Source: Eledone cirrhosa (Eukaryota). From it: a stretch of DNA of 64,000 bases. Both the position numbers and the translations under genes were made by a program. Position 1 is the stretch's first letter. Each line of letters opens with the position of its first letter. Location: NCBI GenBank assembly GCA_964016885.1, contig CAXHJY010001595.1, forward strand, positions 1 to 64,000, read 5' to 3'. Positions 1 through 11,811 of the stretch are shown in pieces. Below the pieces are notes generated by a model. It did not search any database, was not told the origin of the DNA, and saw only the letters and a program-made list of their open reading frames with translations.

Positions 1-219
1 TTCATTTGAAGAGGTTCACTCTAGCAGTGAAAATACAGAGAGAAAGAAAGAGAGAGAGAAAAGAGGGAAATAAGAAAGAAAGAAAGACGAAACGAAGTAT
101 TTGTCGAGTGCTTTTATATCAGTTATAAATATTTACTAGTTGTAACCCAACAATTTTAAATATAACTTTACATGTATCTTGCTCCAATACTGTTGAGCGC
201 TTTATATTATAACTGAAAA

Positions 220-2433
220 ATGGAATTCTTTAAGATTACTTCCTCTCTAAAAGACATACCTCTACCTAGAAACAAAGACTTTGTAAAACAACTAATAGAT
301 AAATCTGACTCTTTTATAAGGAGAATCAGGTGGCGTGCATTCCACTTTGATAAATTTAATGCAGACGAAAATATCTCGGACTTAAACAAAGTTTTCAAAT
401 CTAAAAGAAATCCACCCCCTAACAAACTTTTATCTGACTTTGAAAACGATATAATTTCTATCATACAAGGGGTCAAATTCAAGAGAAACTTTAAAGGCCA
501 GGAATATCTGAAAGGCATTAAGGATAACATCGAGAGCTTAGAGAAAACTGAGAAGATCTTGGTGAAATCTGACAAGACCAACAACCTCTATGGAGTGCAG
601 AAAGACATGTATAATGGCCTCATACTGAAAGAGCTGAGGAAAAAATACAAGGTAGCAGATAAGACCGAACTTGTGAAAATGAATGTTGAAGCATCTTGTA
701 TAATGCATGAGTTGGAAATTGAGAACAGAACACAACCTTTCGTGCCCAGAAAACCGAAGATCAATATGAAGGACCACAAGAGGAATTTTGAGATTGACCT
801 GCCAGTTAGATTAATCGCACCTTCAAAATCGGACCTGGGCAAATTAAGCAAAAACATTCTTGACAGGGTGATACTGCAAATTAAGAACTTGGATTATGTA
901 TCTAACCTGAGCTTGTGGAAGGGAACTGGAGAGGTTGTTGAGTGGTTTAGGCAAATTAAATATGACAATAATAATAGGTTTATTCAACTTGATATAGCTA
1001 ACTATTATTCTTCTATTACCCCTAGTCTACTAAATAAGGCACTAAATTACGCATTCAAACATACGGACCTAACTAGCAAAGAAATGCATATTATATTATC
1101 GGCTAGGAAAACTTTGATAGAATTTGATGACAAATTATGGACCAGAGCAGATAGAGATAGCAATTTTGACATAACTATGGGATCTTCCGACTCAGCTCAA
1201 GTAACTGACCTTGTGGGCTTATTTTTAATCAATTCGCTACATAGGAAAATACCTGGTACTACCGGAGGTTTATATAGGGATGACATGCTTTTACTCATTA
1301 ATAATAATAACCCTGAACTAAATAGAAAATGTAAACAAATTACAAAATTTTTTAATTACTTTAACCTTAAAATAGAAATTGAGAACAACCATAGAATAGT
1401 CAATTTCCTAGATATAACATTAAATCTCAACACATGTCTCCACTATCCTTTTCACAAGTTGAATGAGAACTTAAACTATGTCAACTTTAACTCTAACCAC
1501 CCCAGATCTGTCAAAAACACTATAGTAAACTCAGTCCAAAAGCGTATCTCTAGGATCTCGTCGAATAGAAAGATTTTTGACGAAAAGGCCCAATACTATA
1601 ATGATGCACTAGCTAGGGCAGGGTATGCTGATAAGATTGTGTACATAGATAATGATAAACAAACTAAACAAAGTAACAACTTTTTTAATTATGGCAACAA
1701 CATTAACAACTATAATAGAAAGCATTACAATAATTCCAAAGGACAAAAAAGAAATAGAACTAGGAACATAATTTGGTTTGCCCCCCCTTTCTCACTAAAC
1801 ATTAAAACCCACATCGCTAAATTATTTTTCAAAGCTCTTGATAATCGCTTCCCTAGAACACATAGGTACCACTCAATCTTCAATAGGCATACAATTAAAT
1901 TAACCTATTCATCCACCAAAAATTTAGCACAAAATATTAATAGAATAAATAATAGGAACTTAAAACCTACTGATAATAGCATAAATAATATACAAGTTAA
2001 CAAATGTAACTGTAGAGATAGATCTAAATGTCCGTTAAATAACAACTGCTTAGTTAAAAATATAGTATACAATTGTAATGTTAATACTGACTCTAATTCT
2101 TTTAACTACGTCGGTTCCACATCGACGGAATTTAAACTTCGCTATAATAACCACAAGAATTCTTTCACAGATCCAAATAAAAAATCTTCAACGGCACTAT
2201 CAGGTGTACTCTGGCAACTTAAGCTAGATAACGTTAGATATTCGACGGCTTGGAATATAGTCTCAAGAGGGATTCCTTTTAATTCATCCTCTGAGACATG
2301 TGACCTCTGCGCAGAGGAGATATTCTTTATACTAAAATCTAAAAATTCCCTTAACCTACGGACAAATTTATTCAGTTGTTGCAAACATAGATTAAACTCA
2401 ACGTTTAAATATAAATTTAAATTTAAAATGTAG
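220..2433 (+). CDS. PLE reverse transcriptase with C-terminal GIY-YIG endonuclease, 737 aa, uninterrupted
   Basis: RT motifs SDKT, LDIANYYSSI, ITMGSSDS, LYRDD, FLDITL; Cys-rich linker CNC..CPL..CL; GIY-YIG as IVYNC...YVGST..FKLRYNNH; terminal CDLC..E and CKH motifs. Confidence 0.95.
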   Translation: MEFFKITSSLKDIPLPRNKDFVKQLIDKSDSFIRRIRWRAFHFDKFNADENISDLNKVFKSKRNPPPNKLLSDFENDIISIIQGVKFKRNFKGQEYLKGIKDNIESLEKTEKILVKSDKTNNLYGVQKDMYNGLILKELRKKYKVADKTELVKMNVEASCIMHELEIENRTQPFVPRKPKINMKDHKRNFEIDLPVRLIAPSKSDLGKLSKNILDRVILQIKNLDYVSNLSLWKGTGEVVEWFRQIKYDNNNRFIQLDIANYYSSITPSLLNKALNYAFKHTDLTSKEMHIILSARKTLIEFDDKLWTRADRDSNFDITMGSSDSAQVTDLVGLFLINSLHRKIPGTTGGLYRDDMLLLINNNNPELNRKCKQITKFFNYFNLKIEIENNHRIVNFLDITLNLNTCLHYPFHKLNENLNYVNFNSNHPRSVKNTIVNSVQKRISRISSNRKIFDEKAQYYNDALARAGYADKIVYIDNDKQTKQSNNFFNYGNNINNYNRKHYNNSKGQKRNRTRNIIWFAPPFSLNIKTHIAKLFFKALDNRFPRTHRYHSIFNRHTIKLTYSSTKNLAQNINRINNRNLKPTDNSINNIQVNKCNCRDRSKCPLNNNCLVKNIVYNCNVNTDSNSFNYVGSTSTEFKLRYNNHKNSFTDPNKKSSTALSGVLWQLKLDNVRYSTAWNIVSRGIPFNSSSETCDLCAEEIFFILKSKNSLNLRTNLFSCCKHRLNSTFKYKFKFKM

Positions 2434-3521
2434 TATATTTAGTTTGATTTATATTTATATGAGAACTAGCCGATAAATCTTTTGATTCCTAAATCTTTGA
2501 TTCCCTCTTTTTACTGTTTATTTTATTGTATTTATTTTTATTTTTATTTTTTTATCTAAACATTCCTCATGAAAAATTAAGCTACCCTAAAAGCCGATGC
2601 TCCAAATTTTATGAATTAACCTTACACTTGATAAACTTATATATTAAATATAGGAACATATGTAGACATTATTGGACATCATAATCTTTTTTTTTTTGCG
2701 ATATTCCTTGCTAGGTGTGATTTGATAGATAATTTTTGGCTTTGTCTTGTAGTGAACTTGGCAATACATTGTCAATTAACCTTGAAGGGTTGTTCTTTGT
2801 GGTTTATTTTTTATTTTCATTTTTATTTTTATTTTTATTTTTATTTTTATTTTTATTCTTTTAGTATTGTAGTATTCTATAATATTTTTATATTTTTATT
2901 TTATTTTTTATTTTATTTTATTTTTATTTTTAATATTTTTATATGTAAAGTTTTAATACGTAATATTTTTAATACGTAGTATTTTTAATATGCAATATTT
3001 TTATTATGTAATATTCTTTCATAATATTCTTTTTTAGTTTTCTATTCTATATTTTTATATTTTTATATATTTTTATATATTTTTACTTATTATCATTATT
3101 ATTGTTATCTCTGCTTATAATATAATATATATTTTCGATTAGTATATTGAAATCTGCTCTCTATTTCTGCTTGATAGATAATCTTGTAGAGTAATCGCAA
3201 GAATAATAATACGCTCAAATGTTTATACCACATTGAGAATGTTTTCCGGTAACTTTGAATTTGCGGAGTGAATCAGTTGGATTCACATAGACATATGAAT
3301 TTTTTTTAAAAACTAAACATAAGATAATGAATTTTCACGCATTGTGAATACTTGTTTCATTCAGGAATACTGATATTTACAATATAGTGTAAGTTTTATA
3401 AATACTAATACATTGAAACATAGGGTTTTCTACGCCTCGAATATGTCTGGCTATTTTTAAATTTTTCTCTCTCTATATCTCTCTATATCTCTCTATATCT
3501 CCCTTACATTAATACTTGAGC

Positions 3522-3556
<35 letters not shown>

Positions 3557-3922
3557 ATGCATCATTGATACACTTACTCAAAATGACCTCCCACTACCTA
3601 ATTTTTCTATATCTATATTTATATATGTATCTATCTCTATTTCCTCTCTCTCTATATATATATATATATCTCTTTCGGTCTCTTTACATGAAGCTCTTCG
3701 CTTTATCTATTTTTTCCATCTCTCTATTTTGTCCCATGCATTTCTTCTTTTTCTTCTTTTTCTTCCTTTTCTTCGTTTCGTCTTTCTTTCTTTCTTATTT
3801 CCCTCTTTTCTCTCTCTCTTTCTTTCTCTCTGTATTTTCACTGCTAGAGTGAACCTCTTCAAATGAAGTTGATGTTTATTACGGTATGTCGAATATATTT
3901 ATCTATAAAACTGTTTATATTG

Positions 3923-3988
3923 TATTTTGTCTGATGAAGGCATAGCATATTGTTAATATGATATCCCCGAAATATATATAATGAAATA
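3923..3988 (+). ncRNA. Type I hammerhead ribozyme motif in the PLE pseudo-LTR
   Basis: tattttgt CTGATGA [stem II] GAAA tatata TA atgaaata; stem I pairs with GU wobbles. Confidence 0.7.
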
Positions 3989-4030
3989 AATATGGTTTTA
4001 TAAATATAGTTTTCCATTTATGTAATATTG

Positions 4031-4053
<23 letters not shown>

Positions 4054-4061
<8 letters not shown>

Positions 4062-4160
4062 ACAGGAGGCTGGACTGGTGTAATTCCTTAAAAGGTTTAG
4101 TATAATAGTATAATAAACCTTTTAAGGAATTACACCAGTCCAGCCTCCTGTTATTTTATA
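4054..4160. repeat. Hairpin with ~46-bp arms next to a TA tract (probable PLE terminal inversion)
   Basis: ataaaataacaggaggctggactggtgtaattccttaaaaggttta followed by its reverse complement; related arm at ~46352-46400. Confidence 0.75.
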
Positions 4161-5321
4161 TTAATTAACTCCGTACTCGCACCACCAACACAAACGAAGA
4201 CGGGTGAGTTGCATTACGTCGAGTGCTCTCCATAATATTACATCGAGGGTGACCATACGGAATGACCAGTTCTATCCAGTGGTGAACCAACAAACCTAAA
4301 TATATTTATATCTTGATAGATATTGATAATACGAAATTATTACACGGGAGACATAATTAAGTTATACACCGTTACTTTGAAAACAATACTGTCTCGACAA
4401 AAGAATATTTCCCTTGGCTTGTATAGGTCCTCTGAGGCCTGACATATGTATATAGAATCAGTGAGATTCTATCGTTGACCAACATGTGTATGTATGTCTA
4501 TCTAAAACTACATCTTCGGATGTGTCCATTGTTTTAAAACGTTGAAAGCGATAAATATTTGGCTGCTATTTTTAGCAGGTTGAGCAATAATTCTAATGTC
4601 ACTTTTGTGTGAATATCTAGTAAGAAGTATCTTCTTTTTAGAATCTTTTTCATTTAATTATTTATCGTTGTTGGGGCTTGTTTAGGACGCCAGCCCCCGT
4701 CTGGATTCTGCATATTCTACCTCTACTACAATGGTCTCTGTTCATCACTGGCACTCCCCAGCGATAAATATACTGTTCCCACTCTACCTATTCAATCTCT
4801 ACTACTAGTGCCCGCTCTTGAGAGCCTGGTGATCTCCACTGAAACACTCCTGACTCACTCGTCAGCTATGTTGAAAGCTTTGCTAATTTATTCACCTCCG
4901 AGCTATATAGTCATTACATTGAAGACATCCAACTTTGTTTTCTTCAAACCCACCGTATCTTAGTTCCTCCGCCTCTGTAGACAAAACAATGGTTACGCTT
5001 TTCACTCACCATGGCTACCTTTCTACCCTGTTCAAGTTACCCTTACCAGTGTCCTTGGAGCCCATCGCACTACCACTTTTCCTCCTTCACATGACGATTA
5101 CCTTATGTGTTGCCTTCTGCCCCCCCCCCTTTCCAATGACCCCGCGGCCATAAGGGTCTCCTTGTTTGCAATTCCATAAAAGGCTTTATCCTAAAAGAAC
5201 TGGTCTAAACCTCCTTGAGGTCAATTTATATACATATACATATATATGTGCGCGTGTGGTATATATATATATATAAAGAATGACTAATAACAGGTAGACA
5301 TCATAAAAAGGTAATTTATTC

Positions 5322-5437
5322 TCTGCTTACAAATGTTTCCACGGTGGTTATACAGCCTAGTTATGCTATGTGCAAATTTATAACTATTTGCAAAACTCAA
5401 TTATCAAATGCTGTGACCACTGTATCCTCAGAGCAGA
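5322..5437 (-). ncRNA. Type I hammerhead ribozyme with long stem II (second copy on + at ~6613-6735)
   Basis: tctgct CTGAGGA tacagtggt...accaccgtg GAAAC attt GTA agcaga; stems I-III pair. Confidence 0.75.
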
Positions 5438-5936
5438 ATGGTTAAAATGTAAAATGTAAATACCCTTAAGGGAAGTTATTGGGGAAGATAGAGTAGAAAA
5501 GGAAGAGAGAAATAAGGGGAGAGAGAGAGAGAGAGATGCAGGGGTTGGAGAAATGGCAGAGAGTGGTTTGTAGAATACAGATATCTTAATCAAAATGTTG
5601 TGGTAGGGGTTTCATTATACTGGTTACTCTTAAAGTGACAACCTTAAGCGATGTGTTGATAGTTAAGGTTGGAATTATTTATTGCCAGAGGGCAGATTCA
5701 TAGATGTGAAGACGGAGGGAAGTGGACCGAGGGTGAGAGAGATAGAGAGGGGACAGACGAAAGCTATGGGATGGGTGTACATTGAGTTCATAGTTGTAGG
5801 CTACAAATTGCACTTAAGTATCCATTTATAGTGATAAACAGGGCATTGTCTTGTAGTGTGGGGTATATAGTTAAGAAGTTGTTATTGAGAGAAAGTAGTT
5901 AGCGAGAAAGCAATGTTATAGTTACGGGTTCGAATG

Positions 5937-6400
5937 TTAAGTTATTTTATAGTGAGAGAATTTAGCCTTCAGTTTGTGGTTGCAGTATAATGATCATTCG
6001 ATTCTGTCATTTAGTAATTTATTTTTGGATTTTAAGATGTAAAAGAGTTCAAGGTTAGCTAACCTGCAGTACTTCAATCCACTCCGATATGCACTAGCGC
6101 TGGAAAGTATATCCCATTTCAAGGTGAACTGTTGGTTGTGTTCACGGAGTTGCCAGGTCTTGTTGGCGAGCGTGGTCACAAAACGGTGATTAGGATGTTT
6201 AATTGAGAATCGATGACAATACCAGTGAGATTTACAGGAGGTAGTGGTAGACCCGATGTAATACCATTTCTGGTCGTTCGATTCAACAGTGCATTGATAA
6301 ACAATGTTGGACTTTAGGCATTTATTCTTCAATGGACATCTTTCAGGTAGGTGGCAGTTACAGTTTTTATTGTGGGTAGCAGGTATACCATGGATAGGTT
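5937..6400 (-). pseudogene. GIY-YIG endonuclease C-terminal remnant of a PLE
   Basis: CNCHLPERCPLKNKCLKSNIVYQC...YYIGST...CRL...LNDRIE*SLYCNHK aligns with the end of the 737-aa ORF; one in-frame TGA. Confidence 0.85.
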
Positions 6401-6938
6401 AGGATAACAGTACAAGTGGGTTGTATAATACCCGTCTCCCATTTAATGGTTGGGAGGCCGATACTACATTATGCTCATCTGTTATTAAAATATTTTGTTT
6501 TGTACAAACCACTCTCTCCCATTTCTCCAACCCTTGCATATCTCTCTTCCTTTTCTACTCTATCTTCCCCCAATAACTTCCCTTAAGGGTATTTACATTT
6601 TACATTTTAACCATTCTCCTCTGAGGATACAGTGGTCACAGCATTTGATAATTGAGTTTTGCAAATAGTTATAAATTTACACATAGCATAACTAGGCTGT
6701 ATAATCACTGTGGAAACGTTTGTAAGCACACAGAATAAATTACCTTTTTATGATGTCTACCTGTTGTTATTCATTCTTTATCTACACTCCGGAATACAGA
6801 AGGATCAGGAACTGAGTTTCTTCAACTATTCTTCCATAACTTGTTGAGTAACCCCTCACCGTACGTCAACTCTATCCAGTGTAGTAATTAACCATTACTG
6901 CATCCAGGATAATCCTATACCTAATATATATAGAAATG

Positions 6939-7277
6939 GAGGCACATGGCTTAGTGGTTAGAGCATTGGCCTTGCAATCGAAAGGTTGTGAGTTCAATTC
7001 TCAGACCGGGTGATGTGTTGTTTCCTTGAGCAAGGCACTTTATTTCACATTGCTCCAGTTTACTCAGCTGTAGAAATGAGATGATAGGGACTGGGGTCCA
7101 TATCATTCCACTGCAAAGTGGTCGTGGAGGTGCCACGGCAAAAAAGCACACAGCACTCACTGCAAATGAGGTTGGTGTTAGGAAGGACATCCAGCTGTAG
7201 AAATCAAGCCAGAATCAGTTCCCGTCCCATCCTTGCAAGCAGGGAAAAGTGAACGTAAAATGAAATGAAATGAATGA
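6939..7277 (+). mobile_element. tRNA-derived SINE, family 1 (RTE-like 3' tail)
   Basis: A-box TGGCTTAGTGG, B-box GAGTTCAATTCT, conserved body, (ATGAA/ATG)n tail; many copies in window. Confidence 0.88.
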
Positions 7278-7287
7278 TATGTATATC

Positions 7288-7622
7288 TCATCATCATCAT
7301 TTTTACGTCCGCTTTTCCCTGCTTGCAAGGGTGGGATGGGAACTGATTCTGGCTTGATTTCTACAGCTGGATGCCCTTCCTAACACCAACCTCATTTGCA
7401 GTGAGTGCTGGGTGCTTTTTTGCCATGGCACCGCAACAACCACTTTACAGTGGAATGCTAGGGACCCCAGTCGTATCATCTCATTTCTACAGCTGAGTAA
7501 ACTGGAGCAATGTGAAATAAAGTGTCTTGCTCAAGGAAACAACACATCACCCGGTCTGAGAATTGAACTCACAATCTTTTGGTTGCAAGGTCAATGCTCT
7601 AACCACTAAGCCATGTGCCTCC
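7288..7622 (-). mobile_element. SINE family 1, tail-to-tail with the previous copy
   Basis: Reverse complement of 6939-7277. Confidence 0.88.
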
Positions 7623-7631
7623 ATATATATG

Positions 7632-7780
7632 TAACAAAGAGGGTGTGGTAAGATACCAGGTGGACCATAATGCACCAGAGTCCTCAATACTTAGGGTAGT
7701 AGAGTGGGTAATAGGAAAAGAGTCAGGATCCCGACAGCTGAGTTCCAGCCGTTTCGACAGCTAGATCTGAACTGTCCTAT
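7632..7780. repeat. TA-flanked dispersed repeat, probable PLE terminus family
   Basis: gtggaccataatgcaccagag..ctcaatacttagggtagtagagtggg recurs at ~44590-44720, 51975-52115 (inverted) and 61285-61472; the last two show internal inversions. Confidence 0.6.
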
Positions 7781-8095
7781 ATATATAAGAATGAGAAATA
7801 AGATAGATTGAAGGGACAGGCGGGCTGGAATTGGAAAAAATATCTTTAGATAAAAATAACAGGTCCATTCATGTTATATATATAATGTTTTTTTATTTTT
7901 TGTCCCTTTCATTTCCTCAAACCAAATACCTAGGAATCCACAACTACCCTGTACTAAACACACTATATTTACACTATATATGATGTTGTCCAAGGGAAAG
8001 GCAAAGGCTGGTTCAACTTGGCACTAGTTACATTGTAGAAATATCCCATTTTGTTCAATGCACCTTCTGAAGGTTTCCTTCTTCATATGAATTAG

Positions 8096-8229
8096 AACTA
8101 TCGGAGTCATTCCTTTTCACCGATGAATCGAGAACACCGTAAGGTTGTACATGAGTTGACAGAGCATTTTGGTTACTCCACCAAGTCCTACAATAATGAA
8201 ACTAACCACAATATTGCAATATCTCACAA
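8096..8229 (+). pseudogene. NFX1: Isolated exon encoding an NFX1-like R3H domain
   Basis: ag|NYRSHSFSPMNREHRKVVHELTEHFGYSTKSYNNETNHNIAISH|gtaagt; carries the R3H signature RxxxH and resembles the NFX1 R3H (SHSFPPMN..HR..IH.LA..YG..S.SYD.EP.RNV). The C-terminal part looks eroded and no other NFX1 exons were seen. Confidence 0.65.
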
Positions 8230-8360
8230 GTAAGTAGCAATAATTCTTTCCATTTCAACTCAACTGAGTTAACCTCAGTTTATATATTAGATAACATCTC
8301 ACATATCAAGGTCTGTCTTTACATTGAAATTAAAAACCTTTCATCATTATTTTATGTAAG

Positions 8361-8769
8361 GGCGGTGGATTGGCAGTATCGGTAGAGGGTCGGACGCCAT
8401 GCTTTGTAGCATTGAGTTACAGTCCTTTGTGTTCTGAGTTCAAATCTGCCAAGGTTAACTTTGCCTTTCATCCTTACGGGGTCAATAAAATAAAGTACCA
8501 GTGATGCAGTGGGGCAATTGCTGGCCTTGTGCCAAAAGTAGAAAGAAACTCTAGAGGGTGGTGGATTGGCAGTATTGGTAGAGGGTCAGACACCATGCTT
8601 TGCAGCATAGAGTTACAGCCCTTCAGGATGTGAGTTCAAATCCCACTGAAGTTAATTTGCCTTTCATCCTTAAATGGTCGATAAAATAAAGTACCAGTCA
8701 CGCACTGGGGTCGATTTAATCGACTTTCCCCTCCTTCAAAATTGCTGGCCTTGTGCCTATATAAGAAAC
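8361..8769 (+). mobile_element. Tandem dimer of SINE family 2 (Nin/Deu-domain-like) with 16-bp TSD
   Basis: Two ggcggtggattggcag heads (8361, ~8556); domain gcctttcatcct..ggtcgataaaataaagtaccag; cattattttatgtaag at 8345-8360 and 8770-8785. Confidence 0.85.
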
Positions 8770-8877
8770 CATTATTTTATGTAAGAACCATCTTGTTTTC
8801 TGTCAAACACTATCTTAATATACCTATTTATATGTATATATATGTAGTCCTAGATACTGGCTTTACCATTGAAGATG

Positions 8878-9270
8878 TCATGCCATACCATCCAGCATGG
8901 CATATCATACCATCCAGCATGGCATATCATACTATCCAACATGGCATATCATACCATCCAACATGGCATATCATACCATCCAGCATGGCATATCATACTA
9001 TCCAACATGGCATATCATACCATCCAACATACCATGCCATACCATCCAACATGGCATATCATACCATCCAACATACCATGCCATACCATCCAACATGGCA
9101 TATCATACTATCCAACATGGCATATCATACCATCCAACATGGCATATCATACTATCCAACATGGCATATCATACCATCCAACATGGCATATCATACTATC
9201 CAACATGGCATATCATACCAACCAACATGGCATATCGTACCATCCAACATGGCATATCATACCATCCAAT
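8878..9270. repeat. 22-bp minisatellite (atggcatatcataccatccaac), ~18 copies
   Basis: Direct tandem repeat; explains the three overlapping repetitive ORFs at 8742-9336. Confidence 0.95.
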
Positions 9271-9324
9271 ATCCATTTATCTGCTGTTTACCTTCTTGCC
9301 AAGTACACATGTCGCCTAGCTTCG

Positions 9325-9482
9325 ACTGAATCTTAACCATCTACTATGTCAGGGTATGTCATGCATCATCCTATTTTATCTGATGAGGACGTACTGTTGA
9401 ACTTAACTCAGTACCTCTGAAATATGTATAATAAAATATAATTGATCACAAGAATATCTATTTTGTTAATATTTTGAATTAA
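9325..9482 (+). mobile_element. PLE 3' terminus with hammerhead (core at 9380)
   Basis: tattttat CTGATGA ggacgtactg...cagtacctct GAAA tatgtata ataaaata; near-identical copy at ~45230-45390; ends in (TA)n. Confidence 0.75.
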
Positions 9483-9535
9483 TATATATATATATATATA
9501 AGGGAGTAATATATACACACACACACACACATATA

Positions 9536-9584
<49 letters not shown>

Positions 9585-9862
9585 CGGCGATGAATTAGTT
9601 TTGCGAATGAATATAACACCACTGACGATGTTGCAGATGTGCAACGAAAGATTTATGTAAACTATATATATATGTGTTTGTCTATATTGTATCTGTATTA
9701 TTTTTGACCGCCGGTCAGTCAATGGCAACATTGAGGACCGAGTAAGTTAGATCGCAGATATATATATATAAAAGACAGCGAGAAGCGAAAACCAACCAAA
9801 CAGTGAGTGTGTTCTGTTATTAATTCTGGCAATATTACGCAAATATGACCCTCCCCAAATAT

Positions 9863-10012
<150 letters not shown>

Positions 10013-10045
10013 GAGTAATATATACATACACACATATATATATAT

Positions 10046-10390
10046 GGAGGCACATGGCTTAGTGGTTAGAGCATTGGCCTTGCAATCAAAAGGTTGTGAG
10101 TTCAATTCTCAGACCAGGTGATGTGTTGTTTCCTTGAGCAAGACACTTAATTTCACATTGCTCCAGTTTACTCAGCTGTAGAAATGAGATGATAGGGACT
10201 GGGGTCCATATCATTCCACTGCAAAGTGGTCGTGGGGGTGCCACGGCAAAAAAGCACCCAGCACTCACTGTAAATGAGGTTGGTGTTAGGAAGGGCATCC
10301 AGCTGTAGAAATCAAGCCAGAATCAGTTCCCGTCCCACCCTTGCAAGCAAGGAAAAGCGGATGTAAAATGAAATGATGATGAAATGAAAT
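10046..10390 (+). mobile_element. SINE family 1
   Basis: Full-length match to 6939-7277. Confidence 0.88.
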
Positions 10391-10413
10391 GAGTAATATA
10401 TACAGAGATATAC

Positions 10414-10460
<47 letters not shown>

Positions 10461-10589
10461 TACATATATATATACGTACATACATATATGTATACAGACG
10501 TACAGTAGTATGTATATATATATATACATGCACACATATATATATGTACGTATGGGTTTAGAGAAATGAAATTTTGTTTTATTTTTTCC

Positions 10590-10637
<48 letters not shown>

Positions 10638-10658
10638 ATATAAATCAGTATATAGAGA

Positions 10659-11086
10659 GGTGGTTAGAGCATTGGGCTTGCAATCGAAAGGTTGTGAGTT
10701 CAATTCTCAGACCGGGTGATGTGTTGTTTCCTTGAGCAAGACACTTTATTTCACATTGCTCCAGTTTACTCAGCTGTAGAAATGAAATGATAGGGACTGG
10801 GGTCCCTATCATTCCACTGCAAAGTGGTCGTGGAGGTGCCCCAGCAAAAAAGCACCCAGCCCAGACTGTAAAGTGGATGTGTAGGCGCCACAGAAAAAAA
10901 GGACCCAGCACTCACTGTAAATGAGGTTGGTGTTAGGAAGGGCATCCAGCTGTAGAAATCAAGCCAGAATCAGTTCCCATATGAGTAAGACAGGGTCACC
11001 TGACCTGGCATTGCCCACAACAGGACAAGCCATCCAACCCATACCAGCATGGAAGAACGGACATAAAACGGTGATGATGATGATGA
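10659..11086 (+). mobile_element. SINE family 1 variant with an extra internal unit and an alternative (GAT)n tail
   Basis: Same head and body as family 1; tail ..ccagcatggaagaacggacataaaacggtgatgatg. Confidence 0.8.
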
Positions 11087-11139
11087 TATACTCCAAGGTA
11101 CATAGGACTATATATATATATATCTAGGGCAGGTAAAAT

Positions 11140-11375
11140 TTCTGGGATCCTTGGATGAGTTCTCTCCAGCAGTCTCTGTCCCTCATCATCCTGTCATGTC
11201 CTGCGTCTCCAAGAGACCGGTGTCTGTCCTTAGGCTATCAACATATGGCAACCTCAGTCGCCCTCTTATAGTGTGTCCATGCAGGGGCTCCCACAGGAGC
11301 ACTGAGTGCAGTGTCAACTCTGAATATCGGTGAGCATGTCCAGCTAACCTCAGTCTCCTCTGTGTTACTTTTGAC
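11140..11375 (-). mobile_element. RTE/RTEX-clade LINE C-terminal fragment
   Basis: Minus-strand translation QRRLRLAGHAHRYSEL..LLWEPLHG..RGRLRLPYVDSL..RDCWR. Confidence 0.75.
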
Positions 11376-11429
11376 TATATATAACTAAGGTATATACCTG
11401 TAGATGTATATATGTATATATATATATAT

Positions 11430-11811
11430 GTACAAAGCGAAGCCTACAGTCAGTAGGCACCTCTTAACCAAATATATACCCCATCCCACTACCCCCACCC
11501 CCACCAACACCACCCTTCCTCTGTAAAGTTATGTTGGTACCACAACATCCATAAATGAGGTCGTGTAGGTGTCACAACAACAAAATACACAGTCCACGCT
11601 GTTATGTGGCCGTGTAGGTAACACGGTAACAAGGCTCCCAGTCCACACTGTAAATGTGGTTGGTGTTAGGAATGGCATCCAGCCGTAGAAAACCTGCCAG
11701 TCAGTCCTACACAAGCGAGACACGGTCACCCAACTAATCTGGCCTCAAGTGGGACAACTCCCTTCTAAACCCATGCTAGCGTGGAAGATGGACGTTAAAC
11801 GATGATGATGA

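Larger units (their letters stand above)
1..4030 (+). mobile_element. Penelope-like retroelement (Naiad-type), near full length, with inverted 5' pseudo-LTR
   Basis: Single RT+GIY-YIG ORF; 1-97 is the reverse complement of ~3771-3867; HHR at 3923-3988; ends in a (TA)n tract at ~4031. The left end runs off the window. Confidence 0.93.
5275..6920 (-). mobile_element. 5'-truncated PLE of a second family with inverted pseudo-LTR
   Basis: ~5277-5570 is inverted to ~6510-6780; GIY-YIG remnant between the arms; HHR in both arms; TA-flanked. Confidence 0.85.

Noticed and set aside
4680-5220. Coding exon in a C-rich stretch
   Set aside because: Stops in all frames and no recognisable motif; probably decayed retroelement sequence.
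5994-5996. In-frame TGA in the second PLE as selenocysteine
   Set aside because: It aligns to Leu, not Cys, in the intact ORF (TTA to TGA is one change); the copy is truncated and no SECIS was recognised.
6939-7010. tRNA gene
   Set aside because: A/B boxes are present but continue into a SINE body found in many copies; no convincing cloverleaf.
8742-9336. His-rich repetitive proteins
   Set aside because: All three frames are translations of the 22-bp satellite.
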